NCBI GenBank assembly: GCA_040143965.1
Contig: JASJQH010000073.1
Coordinates: 1-33,535 of the forward strand
Length of the DNA: 33,535 bases
Source: Basidiobolus ranarum
Lineage: Eukaryota
Direction: 5' to 3'
A program made the translations under genes and the position numbers. The notes beneath the pieces are model-generated. The model did not search any database and was not told where the DNA came from. It saw only the letters and a program-made list of their open reading frames with translations. The stretch's first letter is position 1, and each line of letters opens with the position of its first letter. This document shows, piece after piece, positions 23,686 through 33,535 of this stretch.

Positions 23686-25538
23686 TCAGAACTTTAGTTT
23701 CAAAGAAATGCCTTCTTCTGTGGTCTCATCTCTTTCATACTCCACCTCCATATCTTGCTCGTCATTCATTTGCGAAATAACTGTGTCATCTACGCGGACA
23801 AAAAGGCCTTTACTGGTCACTCTGAATACAGAATACACGCTCTGTGGCTGTAAACCCATCTTGTCCGCCAATTTCTCTATTAAATCCTGAACCGAGAGGC
23901 GCTCAAGATAAACGGCGCGATGTACATTCTCACCGGTAAACTTGACGTATATACATAACACTAAATGAAATTCTCTATTATTATTGTCTGTTGAGTTGAA
24001 AACATTCCATAAAATAATACTTACCAGCTCTTCTCTTTCGTAGCTGAGGAGTATAACTAGGATCGATTCCCAAACTGTCGGAGAATTCAGAACCGACCAC
24101 TTCAAATCGCTTTCTCTTTGCCAAAAGTGCACTATCAGGCTCTTCATCCTCTGCACCGATACTAGGAATAATGACCTCATCCCCGTCTGTTGGGTCGTTG
24201 ATGAGACTTTCTGCAAACAAAGTAACCTGACTCACAGGCGCAAACATCATTAATAAAGGGTTTGCGTCATGTTGCTTTCCACGCATTTTTTCCCAGATTT
24301 TTTCGAGATGTCTCTGATCATCCTTGTTTTTACGCTCAGCGCCCTATTAAAAAGTCAATAAAAAGTGAGGTATAAAAGTAAAATACTGGGGAACATACTT
24401 TGTCTCGAAATAGTTTCACTTTCGCATAGGCCTTTTCAGAGGGCATGTTATTTTCGTAATTTTTGGTCTCCATGATGATTCGTAAAGGAATGCCTTTAAC
24501 TCCTTTTATGCGAGAAAAGTCAGTGGAAAGGCAGTTAAATCTAACATATATCTTGGCACTTTTTCGTCCATTCCATTGAAAAGATAATCGATCAAAAGAT
24601 GAACATTCAACGTTTTTCACACCGGTGGAAGCTGCTTTGTCTGTGAGAATGAAAAGACGTTAATCCTTATCTTAACCCATCCTAATAAACTCTATAGATT
24701 TACATACCAATATCCAAAGCTCTCGCAGTTTTGGGAGAATTTTGTTGAGTAGACCAGAATTGCCAATATGTTCCCGCCAGTTTTCGATGAGCTTCATCAT
24801 GAAAAGTTACTCTTAACGTGCTGGTTAAATCGGCGTCAGTCCGCTCACAATCTGACAGGGAGATGGCGTAATAGTGGCCTATAAAGAATGGTTAGTGAGA
24901 TTGGTTGATTATTATTTCTGGTCTGCTTCTAAACCATAAGCTTTACTTACCCTTATTTAAATAGGTTAAGGGAGTTTCGTCGACTCTCTGCGCAGCAGCT
25001 GTTTGAGCTTCCAAGCTAATGCAAAAGCGGAGATTTCTGATAAAAAGTTATTGAGTGTATCCGAAAGTACCATAATTTAAAAAGTCAACATACGAATTGG
25101 AATTCACTTGCACATTAGACTGAGGAGAAGCTGAACTCATGCCAAATTGTGGCTCTTGGTTCGATATATTCTCAACCGGGGATGACTGATTATACTGGGG
25201 GTGGTGACTTAGATGTTGGTGCATGTGCATTTCCTGTTGCTGTACTTGATTCCCATGACCAGCATTGAGATGTTGCATATGTGTTCCATAAGAACTAAGT
25301 TGTGCGTTGGTTACGGAAGGTAACGAATGATGATGTAGCATTTGGGAATGACCAAGTAAGGAATGTTGTTGACTAGCATCAGGAAATATTGATTCACCCT
25401 TGTATTGATGTGCCAAATTTTGACTTTGTAAAAAGGTTAATTGGATAGAACTATTGTAAGTAGTAACAAAGTTACTACTAACCGAGAGTCGACTCCTTGG
25501 AAATGCTGTTGGAATCCGTACTGTGCGTTAGAATTCAT
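23686..25538 (-). CDS. Grainyhead/CP2-family transcription factor, multi-exon
   Basis: His/Gln-rich N-terminus; CP2 DNA-binding motifs LEAQTAAAQRVDETPLTYLNKG, VRFNCLSTDFSRIKGVKGIPLRI and KVKLFRDK/GAERKNKDD; C-terminal ubiquitin-like region DLIEKLADKMGL...VRVDDTVI. Start ATG 25538 is inferred. Confidence 0.9.
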
Positions 25539-26903
25539 ATAGGGAAAGTGAGCAAATCCTTTGCTTTCTTGTTTACTATACTCGTCTAGGAAAGATTAAG
25601 GAAATTTATAATATTAACTGCTTGAACTACACAGTCAGAATGAATAACTTTTTACCCACTTGAGGGTTGGGATATATAGTGGCGCTCGATGTTAACCATG
25701 TAAAGAAAAGTTGAAGACTGATAGATATTATCAACTGAAGTAGCAGATACTCCGAAAAGAGATCAGTTGTATTGTGAGGTGGGATACGTCTCTGTACAAA
25801 ATAAGGGCCACACGAAAATGTTACGTGATTAGAGCAACGATAACTCCGAATTATTGGATCGACTTGTGGTAGTATTAGAGGTAGCGTTGACTGACGCTAG
25901 AAAGTCCAAGATTGGATGGTGTAGTAAACAGGAAATAGAAAGATTGCCAAAGAAAAAGAAAGCCAAGATTCCAAAGTGAAATCACGACTTGGACAGGTTA
26001 TGAGCTTCTTATATAAGTGATCAAAAGTGGAAGATTATGGATAATTGGCAAACTCCAAGATTAAGCTACAGAAGTAGCATTGGAGTAAAATATACACAAT
26101 CTACACAAAAAATATACAGATCATCAGGCAGAAATTGAGTAACCGAACACAATGAACCGGGTCAATAGCAACTCTATGATAGGTAATCAGGAGACAAGCA
26201 TATTTGTTCTACAGTCAGCTTATTTATTCTTACAATCAAATTAGTCTTACCTTCAATCGATTGGATTGTTCTCCGGTTCACGATTGCAGGGAATTGACAC
26301 CAATTTAACTAGTTTTCTGTTTAACTGCCCTCATCATCACCAAATCTGTAAGGTTGAATAGTGTCTGCTAGGATTGTCCACTCAGGTTTAAATCCGGAGG
26401 CGCATGACTCAAAGGTTGAATGAGCAAATAGCATTAATGCAAATGCATAAATTGTGAGAAGATTCTTTTGGATCTCAGTGATAACGAAATCGTGGATGTA
26501 ACTTCGTGTAAAGCACCGTGATATTCAGGAAGTAAGCCCAGCACAGTAAGATATTCCGGATGTAGGCAGTATCGTGATGTAGGCTTGGTGAGATATCCCT
26601 TGTATCGGTAAACGCGGTGATGAGAAACTTGTGCTTCTCTATATCACAGAGCTCAACTTAGCCCTAAATCCTGTGCACCCAAATGCCCCAAAATTTCTCT
26701 AATACACATGATTGATACTGGTTTTACTTCAAACTCCATCTATTTGGACATGCATCGCAATGTTAGGGATTGGGGCATTGTTTCAGGAAAACAAGGATGA
26801 AGTCTGATTTTAGAGGGTTAGGCTCTTGCGAGGTTTCTTGAGGCAATATATTCTTAGGTATGAGCCATGGTCAGCCGCCTCGTTTTCCCGAATCTCTTGA
26901 GCT

Positions 26904-26920
26904 ATATATATATATATATA
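26904..26920. repeat. (TA)n microsatellite
   Basis: About 8 TA units seen directly. Confidence 0.7.
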
Positions 26921-27705
26921 ATCACTTAGATTGTTCAAAGCGCGTTCAATTTCGTGTCGTTGTTTGTGACTAACAAGGACCCTTCTTCAACGTGTTCAAC
27001 TTCTCGGTAGAAATTGGTCAGAGCGTGCAAATAATCTTCTTGACCTTTCGTAGATGAAACAGGTTGTCAGCTAGTGATGAATAGATATCAATCCGGATCA
27101 TTATTACTACTACTACATATAAATATGTGCATTTAAATGGTGCTAAGATTGAACCATTCAGAATTGGGTATTTTCTGGTTTAACCAATCTGCAAATAGGC
27201 TACAATTGATCGATGAATCCCCCTTCGTTATCAGTAAGAATTTAACTTAAGGTAAGGAGCTATCCAGGATGCTTCTGTATCAGTTGCTTCCCAAGGAAGA
27301 TGACTATCTTAAATCTTGATATTGAACACTTTTAATTCAGAGAAAATACGCTACCTAGCCAGTTGAGCTTTAATCCTACTTTAGATTTCGTTTCTAAATC
27401 AAGTATATTGAGATTCATCTCCTATTCAACTAGATATGTCAAGGGGCACAAGAGCACTTGGCTATTTCTCTTGAACCCTTAACTATATGCTGAGATATAA
27501 TAATATTGACCTAAAGGAAAGAAACTACGAATTCACCTAAATATCTTCAAAGAGTTGGATGAGCAATATCATTCACATTGAGAGAGCATAGTATTTCATG
27601 ATTTTTTATGTTGTGTTCTGAAAATATTTAAGCGTGGTCACAAGAAACATATCACCAATAAAAATAACTCTCCACTTATCGAAATCAAACCAAAGCATAG
27701 AAAAA

Positions 27706-29143
27706 CTAAACCCTCTCCTCAGATAATAGAGGTGAGAGTGTGGGATCAGTCAAGTTATTTGTAGGGGAGGGTGGTCTTGAAGAGTCAGGTGTTTGCAAGA
27801 GTAAATCTTGAGTATTATCCTCAGGGAATATAGGCATTCCTCTACCTCTACCCGTACGTTTGATACGCCAATTTTTGAACTGGTTACCCCCAAATACTGC
27901 AATAGCAATAACACCCGCTCTAATAACTTCAAACGCAATGAAAAAAGCCAAAGCATAGAGTACAAAGTAGAAAAACATGGATGTGTGTACGGTAAAGTGT
28001 GAGGGTTGGCAAAAACTACCTTGAAACGAATACATTCCTCGGTTGTCATCATAAAAGTTTCCAAAATAGTCTCCTAGGAATGTTAATGGGGCCACTTTTT
28101 CGAAGGCCGAGTTTATGGGTGCATAGACACGTGGGCGAGTTCCTGTTGGGTTGAACAGAAAAGAAGTCTTACGCTTTCTGAGTTCTCCCATAATACCTTC
28201 GACAGTGAAGTTGGCTACATTCATCACCGTCCAAGCATAGGCAGCGCCCGGATAATGTACATCTCCACCAGTGATAGAAAACAGTTGATTTGGATGCTGC
28301 TCTATAAAATCTAGGCTTTGAAGATCCAACGTATCGCCATTGACAACCTCAATACCATCAATTCCTAGTTCCACCAATTCTTCACGTGATGGATGATCGG
28401 GAAGTCTAGCAACTTGATAGCCATATGTAGTAGTGTTCGACCAAGGGATATGATTAACTACTGCCAATCCTCCCAGTTCGTGAACTCGATCTATTGCTTT
28501 ACGTAAGTCTTCATTTGTTGGGAATGGAGGCCCGAATGGAATGGTTTCATTAATGTTGAGAAAATTCATATGAATACGACATGAACTATGAATAAAATTA
28601 GTTATTGAAATTATATACTATCATATAAGCCAGTAATACCTATACTCTTGACCAGGTATGACTACAATCTGGTCTTTGTATTTTTCTCGTGCGATTCTTT
28701 GAGCCTCTAAACCTCCCTCAATGGTGTTGTGGTCAGAAACCACAATGGCATTATATCCGTTGGCTATGTACAGTGATCAATTAAAAATGCTCCTCGCTAC
28801 ATTTACTTAATTGAAACTTACCTATTGAGAGTTGAATGATTTGTTCGGGAGTCAATCTTCCGTCCGAGTAAACGGTATGTGTATGTCCATCCAAGACAAC
28901 ATTATATGAGCCAAAATTGACATCATATGTTCTTAAATATTTTGTCGGATCCACTTTCCAGTCAAAAGTGAGTTTAGAGTAGTCTTGAGAAGAGGGAGTA
29001 GCATGATACTTGATAAGAGTCACAAAAGTGATTAAGAAAACAAGTGTGAAAGTCAAGGTCAATGCTCTACAGCCACAGGCGAGAAGATATGAACGAGTTC
29101 GAGGACCAATTTTGGTTGACAAAAAGGAGAAAGTGGGCATCAT
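27706..29143 (-). CDS. PHP-domain (polymerase/histidinol phosphatase-like) metallo-phosphoesterase with N- and C-terminal transmembrane helices
   Basis: Metal-binding motifs LDGHTHTVYSDG, VVSDHNT, HMN, VVNHIPWS, GIEVVNG and TGGDVH; hydrophobic segments LTLTFTLVFLITFVTLI and FFYFVLYALAFFIAFEVI. Two introns between about 28588 and 28821. Confidence 0.8.
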
Positions 29144-30589
29144 ATGTAACTGTAATAAATATAGTGTCTCGAGTGAAGAAAAGTTCTATATTTTTGGCTC
29201 GTTATGTTGAGGTGATAAAGGGCTATTTTGACCATTGTTCAAATAATTTAATCAAGATTTTAAAATCGTAGCCATTCAGAGTTCGGTAAGCGTAATCACC
29301 AAATCACTTTAGATGCATCGGGAATTTGGAAAGTGTAAAGCAATTGATCGATACCAACGAGTTCATACGAGTCCAAAGGCTAGAAGAACCCGTTCTAAAT
29401 CTCAGAAAAAGGGAAGCTCTCTAACATTGTCTGGGGTGAAGAAAGTTTGTATAATGAGGGCAATGGCTAATAATCATCGATAAGTTGTACATCTTTGGAA
29501 GTAGTAACAAACGGATACACTGGTAATCCTCCCCACTAAGTGTGGGATAACAGAAGTGACGGCGAAATGCATCAGCAGTCAGTAACCTGTTTAGACCAAT
29601 AATCCAATTACATATAATGGCAAATCATGTGTAACTTCCTGTTTATACTATCAGTGTATTAACAGATTGTTAATTATTGATGTTTAGTACAAGCTTGTGA
29701 ATACACGACTCGCACAGACAACACAAGTCAACAAAAGAATAATAGGATTAGGTTGCATGTAGAGGTGGAACGATACACTCACTCCAATTGGTTCAGTAAA
29801 GGAAGTATTTAGGCCATTGTTTTGATTCAGCGACAAGTGTACCTGGTTCAGCTCTGAATATATCAAGCTGCTTTAATATGCACCAGGTCAGCTGAGAGAT
29901 TCACTCCTGAATTTCTGTACACATTGGCGTTTGTTTGGTGAAGAGCTGGAATCTTTCCTGTTATTCGGCAAGCTCGGTAACCTCAGGAAATTGGGTTTTG
30001 TCTTTGGTAGACTCACCTAAAAGAGAGATTCACCTAAAAGAGTGGGGAGAATATCCCTAATAAGGATTGTAGAACGATCTGTACTATCCAACTTAATCCT
30101 AACCTTTATACATAATTCTAAGGTGTACAGATATTGCTGAGTATCAACCGTTAGGGTGTTCATATCCAATGAGGCTCTCCTCGATTGGTGTATGTCCACT
30201 TTCAGAGTCTGATATGTAATGAAAATGAACTAGCTTACCACTTTTGTTTAACAAACCATATTTTAACCAACTGCAATTGCCACAGAAATTAAGGGTTTCC
30301 TTAATCTGTTGAATTCCTTAATCTAGAAATTTTCCTTTTTGCATCCTGTGAAGAAAAACTGGAAGGATTAAGCGCTTTCCCAAAATGGCAAAACATCTAT
30401 TTCCTTTTGTATCGAAACTACTTGATTTGGTTATAGTAAGTGATCGGGACGAGCCCGAGGTCGATCACAGATCAATCAATAAAGTATATATATATATTGC
30501 ATCTTGGCATTTCCAGGTCTTGATGAATCTTATCAACCATTAGTCCCTTTCTTAATAATCTCTGCTGTATTCTTGGAATCTTAATCTTA

Positions 30590-31123
30590 ATGACTCTTGT
30601 TACCCGCCGACACAGCCCTGACTCTGAAAAATCTTCTTCGCGACAAACGAGTCCTCGTTCAGATCGGAAATTCTCGTGCTCTATTTGTCACAAGAATTTC
30701 GGTCGCTTAGATAATTTAAAACGTCATTACAGAACTCACACTGGAGAGCGACCATTTTATTGTACATATCAAAATTGTCATAAAAGTTTCGCTCGAAGTG
30801 ATCAACTCGCACGCCACTTTACCATTCACGGGAACGTCACTCAAAGCCAAGGGGATGAGTCTCTGAACGGCATTTCATTTTACTTTGAGAATATTTTTCT
30901 GCACTCTAAAGATGAACCACAATCGAAAGATGACATTGGTGTCGCTAGTGGCTCAGCAAATAGCCCATCCGTGAATTCTCCACAAACACTTCCAGCAACA
31001 GAAGAAGTAAGCTTCGATTTTGATCCGTTCAACCAACATACATCCCCACACTCTTCAACAACAGTGCATTCATCGGACACCGAAGGATCTTCTCAAATGG
31101 ACTTGACATTTTTATTGAATTGA
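30590..31123 (+). CDS. Two-finger C2H2 zinc-finger transcription factor (Mig1/Nrg1/EGR-like fingers), single exon
   Basis: CSICHKNFGRLDNLKRHYRTH-TGERPF-YCTYQNCHKSFARSDQLARHFTIH; Ser-rich tail ending MDLTFLLN. Confidence 0.88.
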   Translation: MTLVTRRHSPDSEKSSSRQTSPRSDRKFSCSICHKNFGRLDNLKRHYRTHTGERPFYCTYQNCHKSFARSDQLARHFTIHGNVTQSQGDESLNGISFYFENIFLHSKDEPQSKDDIGVASGSANSPSVNSPQTLPATEEVSFDFDPFNQHTSPHSSTTVHSSDTEGSSQMDLTFLLN

Positions 31124-32679
31124 AATCGAAGTTCTTATTTTTGTGACAATTGTGCATACCTTCTTAACCTCTCGAAGGAAACATTCACTTTAAAACTTGA
31201 CCTAATCACCTGTTGAGAATACTCCAAAGCCGTAAAGTCAGCTGACGTTAGCAGTGGCTTTCTCTCGCTTCTATGTCAGATCTTGTAAATAGTATTCGAA
31301 TGAAATCAACTCTACCTTGTGTATATACGATGAGACCACTGACTCTCCATATAATAAATTTCAAACGATCTTCCAATAAAGGGTTTTGGTTTTAATTAAT
31401 ATGACTCATTCGTAAAACATAGCCTGGGCAGTACTACCCGAGCCAAGTGACACATCCAAGGAGTAACGGGCAAGTCACATCGAACATGCTCACTGCTATT
31501 CTGTTACATCGATCATGCTTGCCACCACCCTTATTATGGTCTAATTTCATACTGCAAGCAATCTTGCTATGCTTTCAATAGCCATTCCATCGATTAACCT
31601 TTAACTGTATGACTATGCACAAGTAATGCTAGTTCAAGACAGGATGCAATAAGATCGCATTCAAGCACAGTTACGATCATTGATTTCAGGGACCAGTTGC
31701 AAATATGTTGAGCATGTTTCCTACTGATGACTCTCAAACTCGTGCTCAAATCTTTTCTAGACTAACTACGTGGATTAACCAGAAATGTGACTAATATGGT
31801 GTTTTCCCGTATTTGGGTACCAGATAACAGGATCTTGGAGAGCAGTGGTTGCTGATTGAGTTCATCTTAGTTACGCTTCATCGAGTAAATTCTCAAGCCT
31901 ACGAATAGAGGAGTCGACCTGTACAGTATATGCTATAGCAACTTGGTTGAATTCCGCTACTCATTCAGGTTGCTTGTTTGACAACAGTATTCAACGATAA
32001 TCATATTAGATTGTTCATCATGATTGACCGTGCATCATTGACCTTTATCTAAGACAATATAATGAAATTTAACGCTCTGTGTTTGCATCTCGCATTATGA
32101 TCATGTCTATTAGCTGCCATGAATTGATTTATTAAATTCTTGAAGACTATTCTACATCTCTTATCACCTACAGTAGTGATGCTGTAACTTACCAATAGTG
32201 GTGGTGCGAACTTCTACTTATACTCTGGATTAATGGTGCATTCCCTATTCTACTGTAGTTGATCGATCCATTTCTTTATTTAATATCACCACCAAGGTTA
32301 CATCTGGCGAAATAGCCAAACTATCTGTTTTGTTATTGCGAAATTTGGGAATTGCATAAGATATAAAGAAAAGGCAATTTTCCTTAGTTTTTTTTCTGTT
32401 CACCATATACAGTAGTGCCTCTTTGGGATTTACTTCTTATGGTATGCCTGTTTATGGATACAAGGAGTAACTGGCGTAAGGTGTCAGAAAGTAAGGGTAT
32501 TAAATTTGAAATGTATTACTAAATAAGTATCACTTAGGGTAAATTTAAGTGTTTCTTACCTGTCGGTATTTTACTAAACAAATCATAGATTGGCAATAAT
32601 TATACTTGAGATAATACTCTATGCAATATCATACAGCTCTCTACTGAACATTGATATAGGCTTGAGAACCAAAGATATA

Positions 32680-33535
32680 AAACGTTTATATTTGTTGAAA
32701 ATGACATAGCTTTAGCATTTATATGGTCATATAGTTAGCTACCTAAATTTCACTGTTATTATGAGATATCTTCATGAGGAATTTTGCGTTCTATATTGAA
32801 ACTAATTTGGAAGCTCTCAAACTTGTCCAAGAGTCCCGAAGCCTTGTACACATGTTTCTCGGACCTTCCTGAACATATTCTATACGTTGCTTGACAAAAG
32901 TATAAATGTCACCTTACACTCAAATAAATTATTAAGTGAAAACCACCAATTCTTCTAGTTCTCCAAATCACTTCCAACAACTCCCAAAATACTTTAACAA
33001 TACTTTGGTAAACTGAACTGTTGAACTACGAATGAATATACTACAATGTTGTATATCTAGTGTTACATAACGGGAAATCCACAGTCCATTTTCTGGCTAA
33101 AACAAAGAAACCAAGAGAATTTATTTGGCATATAGATTTTTATATGTAGCATCAATGATCTGAAAAAAGCAAGGTGGCAAAGTTCATGTGTTGAAATTAG
33201 CATTGCCTAAACACCTATATAGTTATATATAGCTTAGTACTTAGTTATCTTACATTTTACTAAGATATTACCCATTATTCTCATAAGGAATTTACTTAAA
33301 ACATTGACACCAGCTTAGAAGTTCTCAGATATATAAATTTTTCAAACTTGTGCTAGTAGCCCAAAATTTGCACACGTATTCCTGAGATCTTCCTTAACAC
33401 ATTATACATGTTGGTTTGCTTACATCTTGACAAAAGTATAAATGTCAACTTTCTACTCAATAAATCAACAAGTGAAAACCACCAATTTCTCTAATTCTCC
33501 AAACCACTTCCAACAGGCTCCCAAATACTTTAACA
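32680..33535. repeat. Degenerate direct duplication, period about 500-536 bp, running off the window end
   Basis: 32890-32999 and 33426-33535 share CTTGACAAAAGTATAAATGTCA, AAGTGAAAACCACCAATT, CACTTCCAACA and TACTTTAACA. Weaker similarity extends back to about 32680 vs 33178. Confidence 0.8.

Noticed and set aside
26100-26750. Partial AACCGG/ACTGGTT Grainyhead-like sites upstream of the CP2 gene, and an isolated GTGATGA at about 26617
   Set aside because: No full AACCGGTT site, and no matching D box, stem or rRNA guide; consistent with chance.
31400-32400. Possible decayed coding or transposon sequence
   Set aside because: No ORF of 60 aa or more and no protein motif that I could recognise.

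Overview
AT-rich, intron-containing eukaryotic DNA, most likely from an early-diverging (non-Dikarya) fungus. This is inferred from fungal-type short introns with CTAAC/CTAAT branch points, a full-length SMG1 kinase and a U12-type AT-AC intron. Protein genes, in order: AKTIP/FTS-like E2 variant (5'-truncated, +), PTPMT1-like phosphatase (+), proteasome alpha-5 (-), CCT-alpha/TCP1 (+), class II eIF4E (-), RPL22e (+), SMG1 (-, about 11.6 kb), Grainyhead/CP2 factor (-), membrane-anchored PHP-domain protein (-) and a two-finger C2H2 factor (+). The main signal that the ORF track misses is at about 2320-3950 on the minus strand: an apparently non-coding, 7-exon host gene with one box C/D snoRNA in each of its six introns. 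These are an snR57-like RNA, three tandem snR61/SNORD38-like copies, a U18-region guide and an 18S helix-18 guide. The host has a TATA plus pyrimidine-rich (TOP/TCT-like) start and vertebrate-like snoRNA-to-3'-splice-site spacing. A degenerate ~0.5 kb-period direct duplication lies at the right end. All rRNA target assignments rely on recalled conserved rRNA sequence and need confirmation by alignment.
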